Shown: positions 18,173 through 30,937 of the stretch, one piece after another
How positions within the stretch are numbered: position 1 is the stretch's first letter
How the letters are laid out: each line of letters begins with the position of its first letter
NCBI GenBank assembly: GCA_030765845.1
Contig: JAVCDJ010000042.1
Location: forward strand, 2,310 to 66,309
From: Candidatus Stygibacter australis
Lineage (GTDB): Bacteria; Cloacimonadota; Cloacimonadia; Cloacimonadales; TCS61
Length of the DNA: 64,000 nucleotides
Direction: 5' to 3'
Position numbers and translations under genes: made by a program
Notes under the pieces: model-generated
The model's database searches: none
What the model saw: only the letters and a program-made list of their open reading frames with translations
Told to the model about the DNA's origin: nothing

Positions 18173-19534
18173 TTAATTTGTATATATATTGATAACGGCA
18201 AGTACTACTGTTGCCAGTTGTGCCATTATGCTCAAAGCTTCTTTAGATATCTCCCACAATTCTTTTTCATCTTTTTCCGGAACAAAAATCTTATCTCCCT
18301 GCTCTATAGCCTGCTCTTTATCCTTCTTCAGCCAGGCACCTGATTCTGCCAATATCAAACGGGTTTGACTTTTCTTCGCCCGATTTGTATAACCTCCAGC
18401 CAAAGCAATATAATATTCATAATTCTTTCCGGATTCCCATTTATATGCTCCCGGATAGAGCACAGCACCACTTACTTCCACTGTTGTTATTGACTCCGGT
18501 ATATAGATATAATCATTATCCTGAAGATAAATTCCCTCCCCACTGCCTTCTGATTGCCACTGCTGAGTAAAATCTACTACGATTTTTCCTGACAGTTCTC
18601 GATTCTTAAATTTTAAATATTCTATTTCCATTCTACTTAGTTCCAGTAAACTCCTATCCATCAACCGTTTATATTCCGGATCATAGATTATGGTCGTGTC
18701 ACGCTCGGAAATCCGCTGTAAATAAGCATATTTAAGACTACCCAGGCGGTTCGCTCCACCGGCTTTCTTCAATATCTCATACAATGCAGTTTTGCCAGGT
18801 TCTATGGCATATTCTCCGGGATGAATGGCCTTACCTGCTACTTCTACACTGAATTTGCTTTCATAATCCTGCATACTGCGAATATAGAGCCTGTCTCCAC
18901 TTTGCAGCAGCATATTTTCTCTGCTGCTTTCATCAGCAAATATCACTGCTGGAGAAAAAGTAAACTCAGTAATATCTCCTGTTTGATAATCCAGTCGCAC
19001 CAGACTGGCACTATCTAACCTTGCAGATTCATTCAAACCCAGTGCCAACGCGATCAGATCTGAAATTCTGTCTCCTGAAGCCAGTTCAAAATCTCCTTCA
19101 GCATTTACCGCTCCAGTAATACTCAGATTTTTCGTAGCTGCGGGAATATAGATCAGGTCTTCATCTTTTAATTGAGGATTATTTATCAGGTCTCCCAAAG
19201 TAAAATATTTCTCCAGATCAATATTGATCACTTCATCTTTCCTGCGCAGTTCAATGTGACGCAAAGAATATTCTTTCTTCACTTCAAGTTCACTTTCCTG
19301 CTCTGGCAGCTTCTGCTTTGCCAAAAGTGAATTCATCTCAATATTACTTTCTTCTGATAATTGAATTGCTTCTGATAATCGGCTACCCGCTTCCAGAGTA
19401 TATACTCCCGGGTTTCCCACAGCACCCACAATGGATACCTTGATCATCATTTTTGCTGAAAAATCAGTGGGAAGCTGGGCACTTAAACTAAATATTATAA
19501 TTAGTATTAATATAATACTGCCTTTATTTTTCAT
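18173..19534 (-). CDS. Polysaccharide export protein with SLBB-type repeats
   Basis: Signal peptide, repeated V.V.GAV..PG.Y.. modules (VSIVGAVGNPGVYTLEAGSRLSEAI; ITGAVNAEGDFELASGDRISDLI; VEVSGAVLYPGAYKWESG), and a C-terminal TM helix. Confidence 0.7.
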   Translation of the reverse strand: MKNKGSIILILIIIFSLSAQLPTDFSAKMMIKVSIVGAVGNPGVYTLEAGSRLSEAIQLSEESNIEMNSLLAKQKLPEQESELEVKKEYSLRHIELRRKDEVINIDLEKYFTLGDLINNPQLKDEDLIYIPAATKNLSITGAVNAEGDFELASGDRISDLIALALGLNESARLDSASLVRLDYQTGDITEFTFSPAVIFADESSRENMLLQSGDRLYIRSMQDYESKFSVEVAGKAIHPGEYAIEPGKTALYEILKKAGGANRLGSLKYAYLQRISERDTTIIYDPEYKRLMDRSLLELSRMEIEYLKFKNRELSGKIVVDFTQQWQSEGSGEGIYLQDNDYIYIPESITTVEVSGAVLYPGAYKWESGKNYEYYIALAGGYTNRAKKSQTRLILAESGAWLKKDKEQAIEQGDKIFVPEKDEKELWEISKEALSIMAQLATVVLAVINIYTN

Positions 19535-19780
19535 ATTTACCTGTCTTTATCCTTTATGACAAAATTTTCTGCTTTACCACGGACACGTGGTTGAGATCAT
19601 GCAATCTCAAATGCATAACTGCTATTTAATATCTTTTTTTAACATTCTGTTTAACATCGATCTGATGTCAAAATTACAGGGATAGAAACTATTAACCCCA
19701 TATCTTGTCAAACACTTTAAAACTAATCTTTTACAGAATATCATCTTAACAGATTATCAGACTATTTGACTTCCGAAAAC

Positions 19781-22700
19781 TCAGCTAAAGAAACTAACTA
19801 TTTCTGAAGCAACATCCAGCACGTTTTTGTTACTTTTACTCAAATCAAAAGTTATCTTAAGATCATGTATCGTCTCAAACTTGACTGGATAGTTCACCTT
19901 GCTTATCAACCTGGTAAGCAACTCTCTTCCGGGCAGATTATTTGCCGGAAATTCCAGCTCAATCATATTGCTTTTTATCTTGCATTTCTTTAAGCGGGTT
20001 TGCGAAACCTTCCAGCGAAGCAGATAAAAATCCAATGCTCTTTGCACTACCTCGGGTACCTCACCAAACCTGTCCCTCAATTCACCTGGTAATTCTTCAA
20101 ATTCTTCTTTGGAGTTGAAAGCATTTATTCTCCGGTAAATATCCAGACGCACCTGCTCATCTTCGATATATTCCTTGGGCAGATAAAAATCTTCTGTAAC
20201 AGAAATATCTTGCTTTTCCTCTAATTCTTCTTCTTCCCATTCGATCTTCCCTTTTCCCTGTGAAATACTCTCAACCGCGTTTTCCAGTAATCGATTATAA
20301 TAATTAAAGCCTATAGAATTGATCGCTCCGCTTTGCTTAGTACCCAGCATTGCCCCTGCACCTCTGATCTCCAGATCCTTCATTGCTATCTGATAACCAC
20401 TACCCAGAGATTCATATTCTGTAAGGGTTTCCAGTCTTTTCCGCGCAATATCTGTCATCCTGCTGGGAATGATCAAATAGGCATAAGCCCGGCGATTGCT
20501 CCTGCCCACTCTACCACGTATCTGATAAAGCTGTGCCAGTCCGAAAGTATCCGCCCGATTCACGATTATGGTATTTACGTTGGGAATATCAAGCCCTGAT
20601 TCAATGATCGTCGATGCCAATAGAACATCAAATTTATGCTCCGAAAAATCAAGCATTATAGCTTCTAGCTGCTTTTCCGGCATCTGCCCATGGCCTATCC
20701 CAAAACTTACATGAGGCAAAAGATTTCGCAGTTTCTCTGCCATGCTGTCAATTGTCTGCACTCGATTATGGACAAAAAATATCTGACCACCACGATCTAT
20801 CTCACGGTTTAAGGCATCTTTGATAACTTCCTCATCAAAGGGAACCACCACTGTCCTAATGGGAAGCCGTGCTTTGGGAGATGTGCGAATTAATGACATC
20901 TCTTTCAGCTTACTGAGTGACATGCTCAAAGTTCGCGGGATTGGTGTGGCACTCATATAAAGCGTATCCACATCTGATTTTAATTGACGCAGCTTTTCCT
21001 TATGCCGTACTCCAAATCTGTGCTCTTCATCGATTATCAAAAGACCCAGTTTTTTGAATCTGATATCCTTCGAAAGTAACCTGTGCGTCCCGATCACGAT
21101 ATCTATTTTACCCTCATAAATATCAACCAGATCCTTGCCTATCATAGCTTTACTGCGAAATCTGCTTAACATGGTTATTCGCATGGGATACTGTGCCAGT
21201 CTTTCCTTGAAAGTATTATAATGCTGTTCCACCAGCAGGGTTGTAGGTGCCAGAATTGCCACCTGATATCCGCTCATCACTGCTTTAAATGAAGCACGTA
21301 TTGCCACTTCCGTCTTACCGTATCCCACATCTCCACACAGAAGACGCTCCATAGGTTTATCTTTTTCCATATCTCGCTTGATCTCATTCGTGGACTGCAA
21401 TTGATCCGGCGTGATCTCATAGATAAATGAATCCTCCATTTCCTGCTGCCAGACGCTGTCTTTATCAAAACTGATGCCCTTTCTGACCTGCCTTTCTGCA
21501 TAAAGCTGGATAAGATCTTCTGCCAGTAGCTCAATATGCTTCTTTGCCCGTTTCTTTGCCAGCTCCCACATCTTGCCACCCAGTTTATGGATAGTGGGTG
21601 TGGAGCCTTCTTCTCCTACGAACTTGGATACCCGGTTCAATTGAAATGTAGGCACATATACAACATCATTTTCAGCATAGCCGATCGTCAGGCAATCAAT
21701 GGTCGATCCCCCAGAGGGCATCTTGCGTAATCCTTTATATATCCCTACCCCATAATCAATATGAACTATATAATCCCCTGGCTTTAAGGCTTCATAATCC
21801 ACCAGAGCCTGCTCTCGATTGAATCTTGCACTTCTGGTGCGCTGTCGGTAACGCGCAAATATCTCATGATCGGTATATATCGCCAGCCTGGCATCAGGCA
21901 GGATAAATCCCTTCTGAAATACCCCTATCTGAAAATGAAGCTTGCCTTCCAGATTATCAAGAAGATCACTCATCCGCTTGCTCTGGCTTTTATTATCACT
22001 TTGAATTATTATCCGGTAACCTTCATCAAGTTTCTCAATTAATTCCTGCTCCAGACTTTCCAGATTTCCCTGCTGACTTATTTGGCTGGATACAGGCACT
22101 TCCACCTGGATATTTATCCGCTTGAATTCCTGATAACTGTTACTTAAAAAATAGTGTGAAAACCTTTGGAATAATCGCTGAATATAGCTTCTGCTGTAAA
22201 ACAGATCCTCAGGCTCAGGCAATTCATCCTGATGTTTTTTTTCCCTGGCCTTCAAATATAACTGCTGAGTTTCATCCTGGATCTCACGATATGTTGCACT
22301 GAAAAACTGATATTCGTCCCAGAAAAATATGGTTGATTCCTCAGAAAAATAATCAGCAAATCCACTCGTTTTCTTTAGTAAAAGACTTATGTCCTGCTCA
22401 ATCCCCTCATAAAACCCTTGCTCGTGGATCCGTTCCCAAAGCCTGTCACTGGCACTGATATCATGAAGTGAAAATTCCCGTGAAGGGATCAGAGTTATTT
22501 CTTCTATCTCCTTACCAATTGAGCGCTGGCTGCTAATACTGAAATATCGCATGGATTCTATCTCATTACCAAAATATTCTATCCTGACCGGATTGGGTAA
22601 ATTAGGACTGAATATATCAATGATACCTCCCCGGCGTGCTAATTGCCCCACTTTGGTCACCTGAAATTCATTTTTATATCCCATTCCCACCAGCTCGGAT

Positions 22701-23170
22701 ATTAAATGATCAGGATTTTTGGTCTCCAATATCTTCAACTTTATCACATAACGAGAAAATACTTCTGCCGGCACGATCTTACGCAATAATGACCGGATTG
22801 ATACCGTATAAATTGCCGGAGCAGCAGTAAATGCTCTGCTTAAGGTGCGAATACGCTCAGCCCGGATTGTATAATGCGGAGAGCGTTGCTCGTAAGCAAG
22901 CGTTTCGTAATCAGGCAGCATATACACATTTTCTTTTCCTGCTAATAGTTGCAGATCATCCATAAAATCTTCTGCAAGTTTGTCATCTGCGCACACTAAT
23001 ATGATATTTTTGCCTGTCTCAAAATACGCTCTGCTAAGTAGCAGTGCTTTCACTGTCCGGTTCAAATGATGAAACAGATTGCCTCGCACATCTTCCTGCA
23101 GGATACTCCCAAAATTCCTAAAAAAGGCTGATTTATCCAGATCATGCTTGATCAGATCATAATATTGCAT
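19781..23170 (-). CDS. mfd: Transcription-repair coupling factor
   Basis: 1129 aa. CarD-like segment (GDYIVHIDYGVG), helicase motifs GDVGYGKTEVA and IIDEEHRFGV, and a TRCF C-terminal domain. Confidence 0.95.
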   Translation of the reverse strand: MQYYDLIKHDLDKSAFFRNFGSILQEDVRGNLFHHLNRTVKALLLSRAYFETGKNIILVCADDKLAEDFMDDLQLLAGKENVYMLPDYETLAYEQRSPHYTIRAERIRTLSRAFTAAPAIYTVSIRSLLRKIVPAEVFSRYVIKLKILETKNPDHLISELVGMGYKNEFQVTKVGQLARRGGIIDIFSPNLPNPVRIEYFGNEIESMRYFSISSQRSIGKEIEEITLIPSREFSLHDISASDRLWERIHEQGFYEGIEQDISLLLKKTSGFADYFSEESTIFFWDEYQFFSATYREIQDETQQLYLKAREKKHQDELPEPEDLFYSRSYIQRLFQRFSHYFLSNSYQEFKRINIQVEVPVSSQISQQGNLESLEQELIEKLDEGYRIIIQSDNKSQSKRMSDLLDNLEGKLHFQIGVFQKGFILPDARLAIYTDHEIFARYRQRTRSARFNREQALVDYEALKPGDYIVHIDYGVGIYKGLRKMPSGGSTIDCLTIGYAENDVVYVPTFQLNRVSKFVGEEGSTPTIHKLGGKMWELAKKRAKKHIELLAEDLIQLYAERQVRKGISFDKDSVWQQEMEDSFIYEITPDQLQSTNEIKRDMEKDKPMERLLCGDVGYGKTEVAIRASFKAVMSGYQVAILAPTTLLVEQHYNTFKERLAQYPMRITMLSRFRSKAMIGKDLVDIYEGKIDIVIGTHRLLSKDIRFKKLGLLIIDEEHRFGVRHKEKLRQLKSDVDTLYMSATPIPRTLSMSLSKLKEMSLIRTSPKARLPIRTVVVPFDEEVIKDALNREIDRGGQIFFVHNRVQTIDSMAEKLRNLLPHVSFGIGHGQMPEKQLEAIMLDFSEHKFDVLLASTIIESGLDIPNVNTIIVNRADTFGLAQLYQIRGRVGRSNRRAYAYLIIPSRMTDIARKRLETLTEYESLGSGYQIAMKDLEIRGAGAMLGTKQSGAINSIGFNYYNRLLENAVESISQGKGKIEWEEEELEEKQDISVTEDFYLPKEYIEDEQVRLDIYRRINAFNSKEEFEELPGELRDRFGEVPEVVQRALDFYLLRWKVSQTRLKKCKIKSNMIELEFPANNLPGRELLTRLISKVNYPVKFETIHDLKITFDLSKSNKNVLDVASEIVSFFS

Positions 23171-23339
23171 TAACTTCTCCTGATTTTTAACTAAGCACCA
23201 ATAGCCGGTAAATCTCCCTGACAGGGACTCACCGGTAACCTGTTACAAAAACTTCTTCCCTAGTCATTTGTGTCAACCTTACTCACTAAATTCCAAGTTT
23301 CTACCTTTTACCCCTTGCATTGATCTGGTATTAAGGAAA

Positions 23340-23393
23340 AACAACAAAGCACGTAGTGACATTAAAATGTGAGTACGTGCTTTGTTGTTCTGG
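23340..23393. repeat. Palindromic hairpin element, copy 2
   Basis: 16-bp stem aacaacaaagcacgta / tacgtgctttgttgtt (23340-23355/23374-23389) with an inner ACAT/ATGT stem and a taaa loop, followed by ctgg. Sits between divergent mfd and smpB. Confidence 0.7.
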
Positions 23394-23543
23394 CTACTGA
23401 CCAGGATATATGTGAAAGTTATATATCACAATGATTTAGAGAGAATGTTGCATTTTTGGTGGGTGACAGAAAATTGTTTCCTTTACATTTTTAACTATAT
23501 TTGAGTTCTTAGTGGTTGAGAATATATTGTAGAGGAAATTAGC

Positions 23544-24017
23544 GTGGCAGAAAAACAGGATATCAGAATAAAGGAATTTAAGAATCGCAAGGCAGCACAT
23601 AATTATTACTTTGTGCAGGAAATCGAAGCTGGAATAGTACTAATGGGAACAGAGATCAAGTCTTTGCGGGAAGGCAAACTAAGTTTTAAGGATTGCTATG
23701 CTGCAATTGATGATGGAGAGGTGTGGCTGTATAATCTGCACATCAGTCCCTATTCACATGGAGGATACGCTAATCATGACCCGGAACGCAAACGTAAGCT
23801 GCTGCTTAACCGTAGAGAGATAAATAAACTGCGAACAAAAATAGATGAACTGGGGATGACCTTGATACCTAAGAACCTGTATATAAACGGCATGGGAAAA
23901 GTAAAACTCACCTTGTGTCTGGCGAAAGGAAAAAGACTCTACGATAAGCGTGAAGTGATGCAGGAAAAGACCATTAAACGTGAAAATGAACGCACCATGA
24001 AGAATCTTAAACTCTGA
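23544..24017 (+). CDS. smpB: SsrA-binding protein
   Basis: NRKAAHNYYF..EAGIVLMGTEIKSLR..LLLNRREI motifs. GTG start. Confidence 0.95.
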   Translation: MAEKQDIRIKEFKNRKAAHNYYFVQEIEAGIVLMGTEIKSLREGKLSFKDCYAAIDDGEVWLYNLHISPYSHGGYANHDPERKRKLLLNRREINKLRTKIDELGMTLIPKNLYINGMGKVKLTLCLAKGKRLYDKREVMQEKTIKRENERTMKNLKL

Positions 24018-24025
24018 CGTATTCC

Positions 24026-24652
24026 CTATTCAATATTTATCTCATATAGATCATCAAGATATAGGATAGTATTTGAGTTTCCATAATAATAATTTGTACT
24101 GTCCTGCATAACTACCCGGAAAGTATAATAAAATATGTCCTCAGGCTCTTCAGCTATTTCCAGAGAATATTGCAGACGCTTATATATTGAATCACCTGGA
24201 CTAATATTTTCAGCTTCAGAAATCGGAATTTGAATACCCTGATAACTTTTTGTGTAATATGCAGCTATAACGTCCTGTTCATTGTTATTATAAATCCTTA
24301 AGCAGGCATAATTGGGATCACAATATACATTGGTAGTTTCACCACCATTGATCGTGACCTCTGTGCTCGGGACAGTTGTTTGCTGTTCTTCATTATAAAT
24401 AGCAAAAGTTTCACCATCGATTTCCAGAAGATAGGTTTTTGAGGGAGTGTTTATAAAATCAGAACCGGCATCAAGAGAAACTGATTTAGAATTTGGTTGA
24501 GTGACATCTGAGCTGCCTTCAATAGTGTAATCATTACCTTTGACATTAAAATATATCTCATGACCGGTGCGGTTAATCACCTTTAATTTTCCATCACTGG
24601 AACAGGCAAACAGCAGACTCGAAACAGCCAGCAACACTATTAATTTATACAT
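24026..24652 (-). CDS. Putative lipoprotein, unknown function
   Basis: The ORF-track start at 24703 would read through the eno terminator. ATG 24652 follows a GGAGG RBS and gives MYKLIVLLAVSSLLFACSS (lipobox). Confidence 0.6.
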   Translation of the reverse strand: MYKLIVLLAVSSLLFACSSDGKLKVINRTGHEIYFNVKGNDYTIEGSSDVTQPNSKSVSLDAGSDFINTPSKTYLLEIDGETFAIYNEEQQTTVPSTEVTINGGETTNVYCDPNYACLRIYNNNEQDVIAAYYTKSYQGIQIPISEAENISPGDSIYKRLQYSLEIAEEPEDIFYYTFRVVMQDSTNYYYGNSNTILYLDDLYEINIE

Positions 24653-24661
24653 AATAACCTC

Positions 24662-24695
24662 CAGAAAAAATATCCCTGTCCAAAGACAGGGATAT
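24662..24695 (-). terminator. Rho-independent terminator of eno
   Basis: Minus strand reads ATATCCCTGTC-tttg-GACAGGGATAT followed by TTTTTT. Lies 20 nt after the eno stop. Confidence 0.8.
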
Positions 24696-24714
24696 AATAT
24701 CAACCTGAGATAGC

Positions 24715-26998
<2,284 letters not shown>

Positions 26999-27002
<4 letters not shown>

Positions 27003-27442
27003 GCTTCCTCCTCAAAAATTTTAACTATTAGTTTATTACCATCAATATTTTTAACCACTATTTTTTGGTTAACTTCGATCATTGTTTCATCCTGGCTGAT
27101 TGCCGACCATGTTTCGCCACCGATTTTCACATACCCTTTTCCTGCTTCTGGTATCTGTTCAGTCACAAATCCTTTCTTTCCCATCAGAGCATCTACATTT
27201 GTAGGAATTGTTTCTTTTGTCAGCTTCACACTTAGCTTTCTGAGATTTAGAAATAGAATAATTGAGATCACAATAAAAACAACCAGCTGCGCCCACAAGG
27301 GAATATGCGTGAGAGTGATTAATCCTGTGATTATTGCTCCCAGTCCAAAACTCAGGAATAAGAACCCGGGAGTGAATATTTCTATGATCATGCATATCAC
27401 TCCAATGGCTATCCAGATCATCCAAGGGTCTGTAAAATTCAT
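26999..27442 (-). CDS. NfeD-family membrane protein
   Basis: Three TM helices plus a C-terminal OB-like soluble domain (GKGYVKIGGETWSA). Classic NfeD-SPFH operon arrangement. Confidence 0.85.
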
Positions 27443-27468
27443 AATTCCTCCTTAAAATAATAAATATA

Positions 27469-28398
27469 CTATTCTTTGGTCACTTTCTGTTTAATAATAT
27501 TACCATTCTCGTCTTTGTAGATCTTTTTCACCTTCTTAGGTCTCCGATAGTAATACTTGCTTTTATAAGAATTTCCACCATAACTGTAGCCACCTGATGA
27601 CGAACGGGATGTTTTTATTCCCAGCATCCGCATCAGTTTAAATATCATCAGGAAAAAATAATTCCCTATTATCAAAAGTAATATTGAGATAATCAAAAAT
27701 ATTAAAAAATAAATAAGGAAATTCTTTACCATATTCATTCTTCTACTTCTGAGAGTAACCTGCTGCGATGCATCCTGATAAATTGTAGCAACATAAACAA
27801 GTTTATTGTTAACCAGATTCTTGAAGATTTTCTGCTGGTTTCTTAAGCTATCTATCTCTAACTGAATATTTGTGAGATTTTCATTGTATTTACTGATCCT
27901 GTCTTCTGTAAGCAGCACTGCATTATCTATCTTGTTTTCCAGGGTGCGTTTAACTCTTTCCTTGTTCTCTATGTGATCTTCAATATTGATTTTAAATTTC
28001 TCCGGGTCAGCAGTTTCCAGAAATTCTTGATTAAGCTTCTCCAAACCCCGCAATTTTGTCATCACCTGATCAGAAAGAGAATCCGGAAAATCAAATACTG
28101 ACACATAGTAGTTTCTTGTATCATTGGCATATAAAGGGTTTATATCATAATCTGCATATATCTTCTGGAGAGAGTTATTAAAATTTTTTAGATTCGATGT
28201 GGTATAGTTTAACTGGATTTTTGTATCATTCCCAGCATTTTTGAAAGCTTTTTCAGCCCTTTCATCATCAATTTTACTAATAGAAATCCTGGTCTCGAAG
28301 ATATTTTGAATACCAGATAATTTGGCTGCAAAATATACCGTAACTGCTATTATAACAATAACTACTATATATTTAGAGCTCTTTCTTAGTCTGAACAT
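27469..28398 (-). CDS. Hypothetical membrane-anchored coiled-coil protein (possibly DUF4349-like)
   Basis: N-terminal TM helix, a long coiled-coil region, a C-terminal TM helix and a basic Tyr/Gly-rich tail. The family assignment is tentative. Confidence 0.5.
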   Translation of the reverse strand: MFRLRKSSKYIVVIVIIAVTVYFAAKLSGIQNIFETRISISKIDDERAEKAFKNAGNDTKIQLNYTTSNLKNFNNSLQKIYADYDINPLYANDTRNYYVSVFDFPDSLSDQVMTKLRGLEKLNQEFLETADPEKFKINIEDHIENKERVKRTLENKIDNAVLLTEDRISKYNENLTNIQLEIDSLRNQQKIFKNLVNNKLVYVATIYQDASQQVTLRSRRMNMVKNFLIYFLIFLIISILLLIIGNYFFLMIFKLMRMLGIKTSRSSSGGYSYGGNSYKSKYYYRRPKKVKKIYKDENGNIIKQKVTKE

Positions 28399-28400
28399 TA

Positions 28401-30092
28401 TTATTTTCCCGCCTTTTTTAGCAATTCACCGGCATGATCCAAAGCAAGATTTGAATCTGAACCGGAAAGCATCCGTGCTATCTCTGGCACTTTATTTTTA
28501 TTGTCCAGTTTTTTCACTGTAATATGGGAAATATTCTGCTCAGACTGCTTTTCAATCAGGAAATGCGCGTCAGAAAATGCCGCTATCTGTGCCAGATGTG
28601 TAATACAGATAACCTGATGATGATGGGCAATTGTATTTATATATTCACCGGTATATTCTGCTGTTTTACCACCAATCCCTGTATCTATTTCATCAAAAAT
28701 AATTGATTTGGAGAATAAATACTCAGCAAGCAGCTTTTTTACTGCTAATAGAAATCTTGATAACTCACCGCCAGAGGCAGCTATTTTCAGTGGTTGCAGG
28801 TCAATTCCCAGGTTTGCTGTAAAATATATCTCCACCAGATCCTTGCCTGTTGAATTCAGACTATGAAAATAATCTTCCTTTTCCTTAGTCAAATCTTTAA
28901 ATCTCAATTCAACTTTACCATCTGGAATTGCCAGAAGAGCGATATTTTCCTGCAGAAGTCTGGCAAATTGCCTTGCTGTCTTTTTCCGTTTCTCTGATAA
29001 TTTTTCAGCACTTTTCTTTAATGATTCCAGGCTGATAGACAGTTCCTTCTTAAGATTGCTGATCTTATCCTGGTCCGAGCTATAGTTCTCGATGAATTCT
29101 TTGATCTCATTTCTGTAACCTAATATATCTTCCAGAGAACGATTATATTTCATTTTAAGTGAATTTAAAAAATCAAGTCTCTGGGTAACATCTTCCAATC
29201 TTTGAGGTTCAAGGTCAATACTGCTTTTCAATTCCAGAAGCTCGTCATTTACTGCTTCCAGATTTGCCAGACAGTCACGTAGAATTGAGCTGGAATTCTT
29301 GATATTCACACTATCTTTTTCATAAGAAATTAATCTGGAGAGGAAATAATTTATCTTGTCAAACAGTGATTTTTCATCTTCAAAACAATCCTGGGTATAG
29401 CTTTCCTGCAATTCCAGTAATTCCTCTGAATGAACCAGCAGATTTAATTCTTCCCCTAACTTTACATCCTCGTCTGCCAGGATATCTGCATTTTCTATCT
29501 CTTCCTGTTGATATGAATAAAGATCAAATTTATCTCTGTTTTCTTTTTCCTGATTGATCAGTTTTTGATATTGTTTCAGGTTAGATGCATGTATCTGGAA
29601 TTTGTTCTGAAAGTCAGATATTTCATTTTCATGCCTGCCGAAAGCGTCTAATATTTCCAATTGATAATCATTATTGAATAACTTCTGTTGATCTCGCTGG
29701 CTGTGAAAATCAATCAGAGCATCTTTGAATTTTCTAACTACTGCATTGGTTGATCTTATCCCATTTAAATATGTTTTTGCTTTTAAAGCGGGACTGATAA
29801 TTTTAGTGAAAAATATTTCTCCTTCTTCACAATCCAGTTCATATTCATTGATAAGACTCATTAATAAATGATTATTTTTTTTAACAGTTAAGCAAATCAC
29901 AATTTCTGCAGGTCTATCTTCCTGAAACACCATCCCTGCTCTGAGATTTCCACCTAAAACTGTGTTAATTGCTTCTACTATTACAGATTTTCCTGCTCCC
30001 GTCTCTCCAGAAAATATATTCAATCCTGATGTTAACTCAATTTCAAGCTCTTTCACAAGAATATAATTGGATATTCTGATTGATTTCAGCAT
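28401..30092 (-). CDS. recN: DNA repair protein RecN
   Basis: Walker A FSGETGAGKSVIVEAI, a long coiled coil, the signature SGGELSR, and Walker B IIFDEIDTGIGG. Confidence 0.93.
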   Translation of the reverse strand: MLKSIRISNYILVKELEIELTSGLNIFSGETGAGKSVIVEAINTVLGGNLRAGMVFQEDRPAEIVICLTVKKNNHLLMSLINEYELDCEEGEIFFTKIISPALKAKTYLNGIRSTNAVVRKFKDALIDFHSQRDQQKLFNNDYQLEILDAFGRHENEISDFQNKFQIHASNLKQYQKLINQEKENRDKFDLYSYQQEEIENADILADEDVKLGEELNLLVHSEELLELQESYTQDCFEDEKSLFDKINYFLSRLISYEKDSVNIKNSSSILRDCLANLEAVNDELLELKSSIDLEPQRLEDVTQRLDFLNSLKMKYNRSLEDILGYRNEIKEFIENYSSDQDKISNLKKELSISLESLKKSAEKLSEKRKKTARQFARLLQENIALLAIPDGKVELRFKDLTKEKEDYFHSLNSTGKDLVEIYFTANLGIDLQPLKIAASGGELSRFLLAVKKLLAEYLFSKSIIFDEIDTGIGGKTAEYTGEYINTIAHHHQVICITHLAQIAAFSDAHFLIEKQSEQNISHITVKKLDNKNKVPEIARMLSGSDSNLALDHAGELLKKAGK

Positions 30093-30937
30093 TATCTTTT
30101 TCCCATATGCATTTTTGTTCTTAGTGTCTTGAAAAATGTCCGATTGGAGAACTTGATAAAATCGACTTTCTGCTGAGCTGAGGTAATTGTTATCCTGTCT
30201 CCAGCATATAACTGAGCTCGATTTTGACCATCCAGCTGCAGCAAGCTCGTTTCAGACTCTTCATTAATCACAAATGAAATATTGCTGCTGGCGGGAAATA
30301 CTATCGGTCGCACAGTAAGTACATGAGGAGTAATAGGAACCACCACAATTGCATTCATAACCGGAGATATTATAGGACCTCCAGCAGAAAGGGAATATGC
30401 TGTGGAACCAGTAGGAGAAGCTGCAATTATCCCGTCACATCGGGTGGAAAACACATATCGTCTGTCATCATAAACTTTGAGATTAATTAGCTTTGGCTTG
30501 TCTCCTTTGGAAATCACAGCATCATTAAGCGCCAGATCATTGATTATCTTTTTATCTTTGCCTTTGATCGTAATTTTCAGCATCATTCTGGAGAGAATTT
30601 TATATTTTCCTTTTTTGAGCTCTTTAATAGATTTTTCCAGCTCCTCTATAGAAATTTCAGATAGAAATCCCAGATGACCAAGATTGATCCCCATAATTGG
30701 AACCCGATATAATAAAGCATATTTCACAGCTCTTAATATGGTTCCATCTCCACCAAACACCAGAATGCAATCGATTTCATTTTTTTGAGCAAGCAATGGA
30801 AAATACTTCTCATATTCCTTTTGCTCTTCCAGAATATAAAAATTAAGGGTATTATTCTCTTTGATTTCCTGAAGCTTCTGGCAGGTATTATCAAATTTAT
30901 CATCATACAAATTAAAATAGAGCAGAAAATTATTCAT
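30092..30937 (-). CDS. nadK: NAD kinase
   Basis: VFGGDGTILRA and GINLGHLGFL motifs. Conserved nadK-recN synteny. Confidence 0.92.
   Translation of the reverse strand: MNNFLLYFNLYDDKFDNTCQKLQEIKENNTLNFYILEEQKEYEKYFPLLAQKNEIDCILVFGGDGTILRAVKYALLYRVPIMGINLGHLGFLSEISIEELEKSIKELKKGKYKILSRMMLKITIKGKDKKIINDLALNDAVISKGDKPKLINLKVYDDRRYVFSTRCDGIIAASPTGSTAYSLSAGGPIISPVMNAIVVVPITPHVLTVRPIVFPASSNISFVINEESETSLLQLDGQNRAQLYAGDRITITSAQQKVDFIKFSNRTFFKTLRTKMHMGKR

Noticed and set aside
23171-23543. A tmRNA (ssrA) gene next to smpB.
   Set aside because: There is no tRNA-like acceptor/T-arm sequence (GGTTCGAATCC-type with a CCA end) and no tag-peptide reading frame ending in the usual ..LAA stop motif.
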